DNA of 19,186 nt from Verrucomicrobiales bacterium (lineage in GTDB: Bacteria > Verrucomicrobiota > Verrucomicrobiia > Verrucomicrobiales > V1-33), in NCBI GenBank assembly GCA_031411295.1, contig JANOAV010000094.1, positions 1 to 19,186 on the forward strand, read 5' to 3'. A program made the translations under genes and the position numbers. Of the stretch, positions 1-8,517 are shown piece after piece. Under the pieces are notes generated by a model. It was not told where the DNA came from. It saw only the letters and a program-made list of their open reading frames with translations, and ran no database searches. Position 1 is the first letter of the stretch. Each line of letters starts with the position of its first letter.

Positions 1-94
1 CCTGTCCCTGCGTGCTTTGCGGACTGCGGATTAGGGCTTCAATGGTGACCTTTTCGTCGTTCGTTAAATTCAGCGGTTTGATGGAGCGGCTCAT
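1..94 (-). CDS. IS630-family transposase, first 31 aa (partial, not in the ORF track)
   Basis: Manual translation gives MSRSIKPLNLTNDEKVTIEALIRSPQSTQGQ..., which fits the typical IS630 N-terminus (L-x-L-T/S-x-E-E-R/K-x-x-L-E-x-L-x-R-S). The frame is open to the window edge. Confidence 0.72.
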   Translation of the reverse strand, partial: MSRSIKPLNLTNDEKVTIEALIRSPQSTQGQ

Positions 95-137
95 CCCCAC
101 TTATTTCACATTTGTTAACTATTGCAAGTAAGCACTA
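1..137 (-). mobile_element. Left end of an IS630-family insertion sequence (continues beyond the window start)
   Basis: Minus strand reads CAA-C|TA|GTGCTTACTTGCAATAGTTAAC..., with CTAG at 135-138 and TA at 136-137, the usual IS630 target. Esterase homology stops exactly here and the sequence turns AT-rich. An IS630-like transposase start follows at 94. The other terminal repeat is outside the window. Confidence 0.75.
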
Positions 138-1455
138 GTTGACCTTCTGCAATCTGCAGGCCGAAGCTTTCGCGGCCGGGGTTGCCGCAGCCTACGGCTA
201 GGACGAACGGGGCGTTGGGCGCGTCGTAATCTTTACGCAGGCTCTTGATCAGGTTCACGAGGTTCTGCTCATAGTGACTGGCATAGACTGCGCTTTGGTC
301 CTTGTGCCCCTGCCACCAGACAAATCCTGCGATCTCGTAGCCCTGTCCCTTGTAATCCGGATAGATCTTCGCGAGATCAGCCAGCGCGGCTTTGGCATCG
401 GCCATGTCGTCGTCGTATTGCTTGCCTGCATACCATTCAACGGGCTTGCCGTTCTTGTCCACAAACGGCGGCGGATCGGTGTCCACGCCCTTGGCTTGAT
501 CAGCATCCCAGACCGGTGGTTTCTCCTTGTAGCCAGCATAGACCTTGCCGTCTTCCACGAACCGTTTGCTGCCAGGCGGCAACAGATCCCAACCAAGGCC
601 GCGGTTGCCGATGCAGCTTTTCAACACCAGCACGGGTTCATCGAGCAGTTGCCCCACGACGTGGCCGAAGCCCAATTCCGGCCCGATCGACCCGCCACCA
701 TTGTTCGAGAGGGCACTCAGGGGGCTCCCTTTTTTCGTGCGCGCGTCGTAGTAATAAACATCCTTCCGCACGCTCCACTGGCCTGCGTCGTCGAGGAGGA
801 AGGGATATTTCTGCTGCTGTTTGACGAGGGTTCCCAGAGTTCCGGGGATGTCGGTGCGGGAATACCATCCCGAGTTGTTAACGTCACGCGTCAGGTAGGT
901 AACCTTGAAAGGATAACTTTTGCCCTCCTCGAAGGTGAAGGACTTCCTCACCGCTGCTTTGCCGACCTCTTGCCGATAGACCTCGGTGCCGCCGATCACC
1001 ATGATGTTATACGTGGAGCCTCCATAGCCGGGGCTAAACTCGTATTGCCCGGCAGTCTTCATCTGGATTTGTCCCCGCACCACGCAGGTGCTTTCTCCAG
1101 GAGTGCGCTGCGGGGTCCAATCGCGATTCAGGGAGAATTCCATGGTCGAAACGGGCTTCAATTTGTCGTAGTCGGCCGCAGCAGAATAGGCACCCTCGTA
1201 AACCGACAACTCCGGTTTCAGCAGGGTCGTGGCCCATGCTGTGCTGCCCCCTTGGATGTCGCCCATCCCGACCATGTTGGATTGGCCCATGAGGATGAAG
1301 ACCTTCACCTTCTTCGTTTGATCCGCCGGTTTGCCATCCGGCTTTGGAATTGGCTGCTCCGCCGCCGAGGCGTTGGCAAGAGACGATAGCGTGAATGCGG
1401 TGAGCGCGACGGATGTTAGCGTAAATGTTCTTCGGGTGATGGGGCTGTGGTGCAT
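115..1455 (-). pseudogene. Secreted sialate O-acetylesterase-like (SASA/DUF303, SGNH) protein with a PA14-like insertion, C-terminally truncated by IS630
   Basis: Likely start MHHSPITRRTF (Tat-like RR signal). SGNH blocks KVFILMGQSNM, IGPELGFG, GNRGLG and FVWWQGHKD are present. The protein ends QIAEGQL|VLTCNS* with the last residues read from IS sequence, and the catalytic His block is absent. Confidence 0.8.
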
Positions 1456-1505
1456 AAAGATAAGGTCGGAGTGTCGTGGCCAGTTAGTTCTCCTTTTTAA
1501 CAATC

Positions 1506-1585
1506 GTTGTTATGGACTTTAGTCCGTAACCCCATGCGAGAAAGCTTGAAGAACCTGTGCTGTGCGAACTAAAGTCCAGCACTAG
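1506..1585. repeat. REP-like inverted doublet (REPIN-like), possibly an mRNA stem-loop
   Basis: TGGACTTTAGTCCG (1513-1526) and CGAACTAAAGTCCA (1565-1578) are inverted with 13/14 identity. The left arm is itself a hairpin (GGACT-TT-AGTCC). The arms begin with GTAG-like tetramers (GTTG at 1506, CTAG at 1585 on the minus strand). Confidence 0.65.
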
Positions 1586-3691
1586 TCACTTCACTGGCGT
1601 GAGCGTGAATTCCCTGATGCTCAGGCCTCGACTGCCTTCGGGGCGGGTGAAGCGGAGGGCGTTTTTGCCTTGGGTGAGCACCACTTCGGCCGTGGGGCTT
1701 GGCTTCCATTGACCAATGGTGTAGGGCACGGTGATTGCGACTGGCGAGGCGTTACCGGCCACGAGCTGCATCTTCGGATTGTCCTGCACGGTAGCGACCT
1801 TGGCGGTGAGGGCGTATTTTCCGGCGCGCGGGATTTCGAGATCGCAGGTAATGGTGCCGCCGCCGGAGAAGAGCTGATGACCGCCTTCGAAGCTGCCGAG
1901 GACTTGGGCGCCCGCACAGGCTGCGGCGGGAATGGTAATGGTGCCGTTGGGCGCGACAGTGATTTTCTTGTCGGCATCGGTGACGGTGGCTTTTACCAGA
2001 GCCCGGGCGCGGACTTCGGCGGATTCGTTAGCTTCCCCGAGGTTTTCTCCGAGGGCCGCAAGTGCTGCTGGCTTTTCACCGGCTACGGCGGCCTTCTTGG
2101 CAAAGATCGAAAGCACATTCCAGAAGCCGCCGGTGCCGGGATTCAGGCTGACGTATTTTTGTTCGCCAAGCGCATCGCCTGCCCACTGAGCGCGCAGGGC
2201 TTTCAGATGCTGCTGTGGGTTCTTCCGGATTTGCGTTTCCAGCACGAAATCAGCGTCAGACAATTCCATCACGCCTTTGGCATCGGGGCTACCCCACCCA
2301 GCTCCGAGATTGATGGTCCAGCCGTTCGGGGTCCAGTGGGCCAGCGCGGCGTGTCCCTTTTGCGGCCGCGCCACCGTCGGGATGCCGAACGAGCGCAGGA
2401 TGAAGCGCCCGAAAAAGGCGCGTCGTCCGCAGATGCCACCGTTTTTGATGATGTTCTGGTAGCTTTGCAGTTCGGGCAGATCGTCCTTCACATTCTGGGA
2501 GCCGTAGGTCACGTCGGTGGCGACGGCGCGCGAATAGCGCCAGCCGTAGTCGGGGTTCAGCACGTGATCCGGGCGGTAATTGCGGAGCATCTCACGGCCC
2601 CACGCCAGCGTGCTGTCGGGCTCATCACCATTTACCACGTTGCGCAGTTCCCAAGTGGTCAGCGTCTTGAAGGCGGGGTCGAGTTCTCCGTCGAGGCTGG
2701 CCTTTTCAAAATGCTGATAGCGTTTTACTGGGTCCACCGTCGCTGGGGCGTTGGTAGCGGCTTGGGGATTATTCTGCGCAATGGGCACCGCATGTTCGAG
2801 GCTTACCGCGAGCGCGAGTTTTTGCAACAGGCCTTCTTTTGCCTTCGGGCTGGCTTTTTGAATTGCCGCATAAATCTGCGCTGCCTGACCATACTGTCCG
2901 CCCTTGGCTCCGCCCGCTATGACCATCGCTTTCATCAGCGCCTCGTCTGCGAGGAGCTTGGTTACCACGGCTGCCTGCTCTGCGCCTTGCGAGGCAAACT
3001 CCGCCAGTCCTTTCGGCGTGGCGTTCACTAGCATGGAACACAGCACGAGCTTGGCGTCGAATTTGTCGCTATTCAGCAACGAGTCCGCATCTTTCATGGC
3101 CGTGGTCGCGGCAGCGAGCTCGGCAGCTTGCGCTTTGGCAAGTGCCTCCTGTGCGGCTTGATTGGCTGCGGCCAGTGTGGGTTCTTCCAGTTTAGCCGCA
3201 TCCAGCGCGGCCTGCCGCTCGGCTAGTGCCTTGAGTCCGGCTTCCCGGTCAGCCTGCCATTTCGCAAGTTCTTTGTTGGCGGCTTCGCGTTCGGCATCCG
3301 TCGTCGCTTTCTTCAAAGCCGCCTCCGCCGCCGCGATTCCTTTGGCTGCTCCGCCCAGCCATTTGCCATTCGCATGGTCCACCAGTGCCTTTGCCGTCCC
3401 CACTTTTCCCAGCTTATCCTTTGCTGTTCTGGCTTCCGCCGTGGCTTTGGCGACGGCGGCCCGGCCCTGCTGGAGCGCGGTTTTCTTGCCCTCGTCCACG
3501 GTCGGCAGGGCTTTGGCAAACCCAGCCTGCAGCCCGGCTAGCATCGCTTCATACTGCGCCTGTAGTTTCTGCCCCTCCACACTGAGCGCAGCAGGTTGCG
3601 CCGGCGGTGCGGCCATGGCGCTGATGCATCCAAGGTTGAGCGAAATCCCGAGGCTGATGCCGCAGGCGAGATGAGTGATGGGATGTTTCAT
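1586..3691 (-). CDS. Secreted protein: Ala/Lys coiled coil, transglutaminase-like Cys-His core, C-terminal CBM6/CBM35-like beta-sandwich
   Basis: Likely start MKHPITHLACG with a signal peptide (701 aa). Core GGICGRRAFFGRFILRSFGIPT...GHAALAHW...WTINLG. Tail IPRAGKYALTAKVAT...VLTQGKNALRF...LSIREFTLTP resembles galactose-binding-like CBMs. Confidence 0.7.
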   Translation of the reverse strand: MKHPITHLACGISLGISLNLGCISAMAAPPAQPAALSVEGQKLQAQYEAMLAGLQAGFAKALPTVDEGKKTALQQGRAAVAKATAEARTAKDKLGKVGTAKALVDHANGKWLGGAAKGIAAAEAALKKATTDAEREAANKELAKWQADREAGLKALAERQAALDAAKLEEPTLAAANQAAQEALAKAQAAELAAATTAMKDADSLLNSDKFDAKLVLCSMLVNATPKGLAEFASQGAEQAAVVTKLLADEALMKAMVIAGGAKGGQYGQAAQIYAAIQKASPKAKEGLLQKLALAVSLEHAVPIAQNNPQAATNAPATVDPVKRYQHFEKASLDGELDPAFKTLTTWELRNVVNGDEPDSTLAWGREMLRNYRPDHVLNPDYGWRYSRAVATDVTYGSQNVKDDLPELQSYQNIIKNGGICGRRAFFGRFILRSFGIPTVARPQKGHAALAHWTPNGWTINLGAGWGSPDAKGVMELSDADFVLETQIRKNPQQHLKALRAQWAGDALGEQKYVSLNPGTGGFWNVLSIFAKKAAVAGEKPAALAALGENLGEANESAEVRARALVKATVTDADKKITVAPNGTITIPAAACAGAQVLGSFEGGHQLFSGGGTITCDLEIPRAGKYALTAKVATVQDNPKMQLVAGNASPVAITVPYTIGQWKPSPTAEVVLTQGKNALRFTRPEGSRGLSIREFTLTPVK

Positions 3692-3725
3692 GAGGGTGTT
3701 AGGGATGGAAGTAGAGAGATGGTAA

Positions 3726-3777
3726 ATTGCAGCAGGAGTGCGTTGGTCTGGCAAGGTTTTCTCAAAGAAAAAAACCT
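3726..3777 (-). promoter_or_regulatory. Possible sigma70 promoter with an adjacent palindrome
   Basis: Minus strand TTGCCA (3754-3749), 17 nt, TGCAAT (3731-3726). The -10 box is weak. An inverted repeat AGGTTTT-N10-AAAACCT (3754-3777) abuts the -35. Confidence 0.3.
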
Positions 3778-3802
3778 CTGTTTCGGGAGTTGGCGAGAAG
3801 AA

Positions 3803-5626
3803 TTATGGGGCCTGCAAGTCCACGTGGAAAATGCGGTCGATACTTCCGGATGGCGCGATGGCGGGGCCGCCGACGCCACGGTCGCCCGAGTTGTAGTAGT
3901 GCCCGACGCCTTGGGTGGTCACATTTCCTGAGCAGGCAAGATACGGGATGCCGGTCTTCCAATCGGTGCCGGAGAGCATGGTTACATCCACTGCGTAGGT
4001 TGTGTTTGCCGCCAGTGAGACCGGGTTGGCAAATTTCCATGTCAGGTAGTCGCCCGCTCCGGTGTCTGCGGTTTGCTCCGCCTGGGCGCTGGCAATCTGG
4101 GTGAAATTTTTTCCTGCTAGCGTGCCCAGCCGCACGGTCCAGCTCGTTGGGTGTTCCGGCGTGGCGCCCTTCTTGCAACCATCTGCGATTTTGTAAGTCA
4201 GCGCCTTGAACGACACCGGCGCATCCCCGGTCGTAAAGGTAGTTCCTTTCGCGGCATCGGCCACACCGAGTTCGGCATTGGATTGGAAGAACCACTTATC
4301 GGTGCCGGTCTGTGCGGTCAGGTTTGCGATATCAGCCTGATCCACTGTGGGCGGTTGGGCACTAGCAGAGAAGGTGGCTAGCGCCTGGCCGGCGGCGGGG
4401 GCTGGGGGAGTGGGTGGCGCGGGAGGTTCTGGACTCTTGGCAACAGGTGCCGCCTCCCGGGCAATCATCGGCTCTGGAGCGGCAGCAGGCGCGGAAGGCA
4501 GCGCGGCTATTGTCGGAGCCTGCTGGGTTGTCCGGGGCGTCGCCTGCGCTTGCGACGGTGGCGGTATGGAAGGCGCGGAAGGCGTGGGTGCGCTAGCAAG
4601 TTCTGGTGTTTCGTCAGTCTGCGTGATCTGCCAGTAGAAATATCCGCCAGCACCAAGCGTGAGAAGCAGCAAGAAACTGGTCACGAATACTGCTGCCGAT
4701 CCCCCCTTTTTTTGAATGCGCACGGGTTGCTGGACTACCATACGCCGCCTCGGTTGCGGCTGCAGCTGGGTCCGGGGGCGCTGTTGAGGAGCAACAGTTT
4801 CCGGCACGGAGGGCGGTGGCGGTGGGGACAGATCCACGGCAGCCAATGCGGTCAACGCATCAGCGGCGGAGGCCGGGCGTTGCGATGGATCGGGCTGCAG
4901 CAGCCGGGCCATCCAATCAATCAGCGCGGACGGCAGGTCTGGTCGTAAATGGTGAAGCACCAGCGGATTGAGCATCCGCCATGCCATCGCGAGTGACTCC
5001 TTGTTAGAGCCATTCACGGGTTGCTGCCCGGTAAACAAATAATAAAGCACCGCTCCGGCAGCAAAGAGATCCGCACCATGCGACGGTGGCGCTCCGGCCA
5101 GGCACTCTGGAGCCGTGTAGGGCAGGGCGGCAGGGGTGGGTTCGCTGCGGTAATTTGCCAAACCCCAGTCCAGCACCTTGAGCAAGGGGCGACCATCCGG
5201 CAGTGTCGCGAGCGAAATGTCGCTGGGTTTCAAGCCGCCGTGGGGATACTGCATGAGTTCGCCACAGGACAGGGCTGCGAGCAACTGCGCTGCCATCTCC
5301 GCCGCCTGCGTCGCTAGGATTGGCCTGGTAACCGGCACATCCAGCCCTCGGAGGCCTTCGGCAAATTCGTAAACCAGCACCGTCCCGTCTTCATCTTGGA
5401 ACGCATCGAGCAATTGCACGATGTTGGCTCCCGTGATGTGCGAAATGGCGGGGGCATCGCGCAACAACGCTGCCACATCGAGCGGATGTAAGGCTTGATC
5501 TGCGGGTAGTAGCAGCTTGAGCGCCACCGTGTTCCCGTTGCTCCGGTCAGTCGCCTTGTAGATAAAGCCAGCGTCCCCGACGGCAAGCCGCGAGCTGATT
5601 TCGTAGCGGTCGGCTGTGCTGCTCAT
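3803..5626 (-). CDS. Membrane-anchored Hanks-type Ser/Thr kinase-like protein (probable pseudokinase) with Pro-rich linkers and an extracytoplasmic beta-rich domain
   Basis: Start MSSTADRYE overlaps the upstream stop (ATGA 5623-5626), 607 aa. Motifs VALK, HGGLKPSDI, LKVLDWG, YTAPE, ADLFAAG and RP are present. TM helix AAVFVTSFLLLLTLGAGGYFYW at about 4631-4696. C-terminal domain about 190 aa. Confidence 0.85.
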   Translation of the reverse strand: MSSTADRYEISSRLAVGDAGFIYKATDRSNGNTVALKLLLPADQALHPLDVAALLRDAPAISHITGANIVQLLDAFQDEDGTVLVYEFAEGLRGLDVPVTRPILATQAAEMAAQLLAALSCGELMQYPHGGLKPSDISLATLPDGRPLLKVLDWGLANYRSEPTPAALPYTAPECLAGAPPSHGADLFAAGAVLYYLFTGQQPVNGSNKESLAMAWRMLNPLVLHHLRPDLPSALIDWMARLLQPDPSQRPASAADALTALAAVDLSPPPPPSVPETVAPQQRPRTQLQPQPRRRMVVQQPVRIQKKGGSAAVFVTSFLLLLTLGAGGYFYWQITQTDETPELASAPTPSAPSIPPPSQAQATPRTTQQAPTIAALPSAPAAAPEPMIAREAAPVAKSPEPPAPPTPPAPAAGQALATFSASAQPPTVDQADIANLTAQTGTDKWFFQSNAELGVADAAKGTTFTTGDAPVSFKALTYKIADGCKKGATPEHPTSWTVRLGTLAGKNFTQIASAQAEQTADTGAGDYLTWKFANPVSLAANTTYAVDVTMLSGTDWKTGIPYLACSGNVTTQGVGHYYNSGDRGVGGPAIAPSGSIDRIFHVDLQAP

Positions 5627-8517
5627 TTTACTGTTTGGGCAATCCCGGTTGCGATCTCTTTCAGGCTTTTGGGCCATTGGTCAAATTCCACCATCGTGGC
5701 ATTCTCAATTTTTGGCGGAGTGATTCCCGGCACTAACTTGGCGGCGGGCTGGGCGTGAAAGAATCGCACTTGGTGCTGCCCAAAGGTGACGGGCAGACTG
5801 CGGGCGTAGAGTTCCAGTTCCGCGGCGTAGTCTGTTGCGGGCGTGTAGCCAAGGTTTGCATTGCCGGGCACCCAGATCACGCCAGCCACACCCATTGGCG
5901 TGAGCGGACTAACACACCAGTTGTAGGCCAGTGTCGGCACGGTGTCGGGTTTGACTTCACCGTCCCGACCCGGCTCGGGAAATGCTGGTAATTGCAGCGG
6001 TGCGCCCGACCTGTCCGCGCCCTTCTCTGTTAGTGCAGCAATCTTCACGACCGCTGCCTTGATCGACTGCACGTATTCCGCAACCGCTTTCCGCGAAATT
6101 TCTGAGCTGGGATCCTGCAGGAGCAAGGCATTGAGGCGCGGCTGAAACGCAGCCTGGGTCGCGCCTTTCACTCCGGCAAACGAAGTCCACGACAGAGGTG
6201 ACGCAATCTCTTTGCCCTGTCCCGCTGACATCGTCACAAAGCCCTGCGGGATACCGGGGCGGTTCAGCGCTTTGGCAAATTGATAGGCAAACATGGAGAC
6301 ACCGTCGCCTGCGTCGGTGAAATCAGCGGTCTGCCAGAACGATTGATATTTGCGGTCGCCACCCACTTCAAAATTGCGTTTCCTCGGGGTGGCGTTCGTG
6401 CTGGCTGAGGTTCTGCGCCGGAACTCGCGGACCAGCGGCATCGACTCGGGAGCAGCGGCCTTGGGGTCGCGTCGATCATAGGCGGGTTCGGACGTGAGTT
6501 GCGTGCTTCCAGTGAGGAACCACACATCACCAACCAGAATATTTTGCACGGTCTTGCTCTGGTCGTGGCTCGTTTTCACAGCGAGGGAGATCGGCTGCGC
6601 GGAGGCTTTCAATGCAGGGAAGGAAACCGACCACTGCTGCCGCGCATCCGCCACCGCGGTCTGACTGACACCGCCGAGCGTCACAGTCACTGCCACGCCT
6701 TTGTTGGCAAAGCCCCACACGGGGATGGTCCGGTCCCGCTGAAGAATGGCTCCATCACGAAAATGCGCTGCCACCGTGAAGACCGGGAAATCCGGGTCGG
6801 TATATTGGGCATACTTCGCTTTCTCGGCAGCCGCCTTGGCCGGATCATCTTCTTCGAAGATGAGCTTGCCATCCACCACCGCAAAGGGCGTGGCTGGAAG
6901 ACCGGCCTTATTATAGAGGTTCGCATTCACCGGGGCCGCGCTGTAGGCGTATTGCACGCCGACCGGCTCCGGCACGTCCTTCGACGTCACTACCACGGTA
7001 TCCCCGGTGATCACGGCTTCCGCCGCGTGCCACTTCCGATCTTTGCCGCAGAGCCGGAAATGATTCAGCTTTTCCCCGGGCGTTGGCCGTGCGGGCTCAA
7101 CGAATTTCTCCGGCTCCTTGAGATCCTTCTCCAGCCCCTTGCTGCCTACCATCAGCCCGCCGAAGAGACTGCCTTTTTCAAACGCGACGACCGCCTTGTT
7201 TCCCTCGACGGTGCATTTTTCGAAAATGGGGCCGGTGAACGCGATGTCACGACCGTATTCTTTCGCCAGCGCCCAGCGCGCCAGCCTCATGCCGGGATGA
7301 AGCTTGTTCTGATAGTGAATATTTCCTGGAGCCGCGGGATTCAGATCCGTCTGCACCACCATGCCCACATGGGCGCGATTGTTCATAAAGAAAAGATGCT
7401 GCGCCTGCCGCACATCGGCCATGCCTAACTCCGCAGAATCCGCCCCGCCGTAGTTCTGCATTTGCGTGAAATAGAACGGCATTTCCGGCATCCCCCACGC
7501 CTCGCGCCAGCCCCGCACCAGTGCCTCCATCCGTGCAGCATAAACCCGGCCGTCGCCATTGTTGCTCTCGCCCTGACACCACAACGATCCGCGGATGGGA
7601 AATGACACAACTGGCGCAATCTTGCCATTAAAAAACTGCGACGGCCCGCGCCATTGCCCCGCGATTCCCGGCAGCTCCGGACGCTTCAGCGGTTTCTCCA
7701 AGGGGAAACCCAGCTCCGTCGAAGCCTGCTGCCACGCCGCCAAATCTGCGTAGTATTTTTCAAAAGCCGTCCGTCCTTGCGCGGTGCCCGCATCTCCATC
7801 GTGAATCATTTCGGCATCCACCGTGAGCCCCGGATGGCCCTCGATGGCCCTGCGTTCCGCAAACGCCTCGATGCGCGTGTTGCTATGCGAAGTCAGCAAA
7901 ATACCCACCGGCACTTTCAACTCCCGGTGCAGTTCATGAGCAAAAGCGAGCGCCAGTGCCGAGAAATCGCCCGCCGCCCGACTCGTCTTCCACCCCGCCT
8001 CCGACGTCCCCTTCTGCTGCGGATACAGCGCCGACACCGTATCCGTCCGCAACTCCCGAATCGGCACCTCGTCCTTTGCCTTCGCCAGCTCCTGCGCCAG
8101 CCCCGCACAGAGCGACTTGCCCGCAAACCACTCCATGTTCGACTGCCCGCTGGCATGCCACACCTCACCCACCAGCACATTCTTTAGCACCACCCTCCGG
8201 CCCTCCCCGTCGCTCACGATCAACTCCGCAGCCTCAGCGCTGGCCGTGAGCGGCTTGAGCTTCACTGTCCACCTGCCATCCGCGCCGACCTTGGCGGTCT
8301 CCTTTTGGCCGGCAAACTCCACCGTGACCGTGGTGCCGGGCTTGCTCCAGCCCCACACGGGCAGGTCCACCCCACGTTGCAGAATCGCATTGTCGGCAAA
8401 TGGTGCCCCAAGTGCGATGGCCGGCGTAGGTTTGGCCGCAGGCTCAGCAGCCAATGCCACAAGTGGCGAAAGCAGTGCGACCGACGCAAGAGCGAAAATT
8501 TGACAGAGTAGTTTCAT
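5623..8517 (-). CDS. Secreted tandem sialate O-acetylesterase (two SASA/SGNH units, the second degenerate)
   Basis: Start MKLLCQIFALAS (signal peptide, ATGA overlap at 8514-8517), 964 aa. Unit 1 has FADNAILQR, VGEVWHASGQSNM, WCQGESN and NIHY. Unit 2 has FRDGAILQR, VGDVWFLTGSTQL and VIWVPGNAN. Confidence 0.88.
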   Translation of the reverse strand: MKLLCQIFALASVALLSPLVALAAEPAAKPTPAIALGAPFADNAILQRGVDLPVWGWSKPGTTVTVEFAGQKETAKVGADGRWTVKLKPLTASAEAAELIVSDGEGRRVVLKNVLVGEVWHASGQSNMEWFAGKSLCAGLAQELAKAKDEVPIRELRTDTVSALYPQQKGTSEAGWKTSRAAGDFSALALAFAHELHRELKVPVGILLTSHSNTRIEAFAERRAIEGHPGLTVDAEMIHDGDAGTAQGRTAFEKYYADLAAWQQASTELGFPLEKPLKRPELPGIAGQWRGPSQFFNGKIAPVVSFPIRGSLWCQGESNNGDGRVYAARMEALVRGWREAWGMPEMPFYFTQMQNYGGADSAELGMADVRQAQHLFFMNNRAHVGMVVQTDLNPAAPGNIHYQNKLHPGMRLARWALAKEYGRDIAFTGPIFEKCTVEGNKAVVAFEKGSLFGGLMVGSKGLEKDLKEPEKFVEPARPTPGEKLNHFRLCGKDRKWHAAEAVITGDTVVVTSKDVPEPVGVQYAYSAAPVNANLYNKAGLPATPFAVVDGKLIFEEDDPAKAAAEKAKYAQYTDPDFPVFTVAAHFRDGAILQRDRTIPVWGFANKGVAVTVTLGGVSQTAVADARQQWSVSFPALKASAQPISLAVKTSHDQSKTVQNILVGDVWFLTGSTQLTSEPAYDRRDPKAAAPESMPLVREFRRRTSASTNATPRKRNFEVGGDRKYQSFWQTADFTDAGDGVSMFAYQFAKALNRPGIPQGFVTMSAGQGKEIASPLSWTSFAGVKGATQAAFQPRLNALLLQDPSSEISRKAVAEYVQSIKAAVVKIAALTEKGADRSGAPLQLPAFPEPGRDGEVKPDTVPTLAYNWCVSPLTPMGVAGVIWVPGNANLGYTPATDYAAELELYARSLPVTFGQHQVRFFHAQPAAKLVPGITPPKIENATMVEFDQWPKSLKEIATGIAQTVK

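Noticed and set aside
131..1586. AGCACTAGT at both 131-139 and 1578-1586 as a possible target-site duplication around the esterase
   Set aside because: One copy is explained by the IS end plus CTAG target and the other by a REP arm plus stop codon. A 9-bp match does not define an element.
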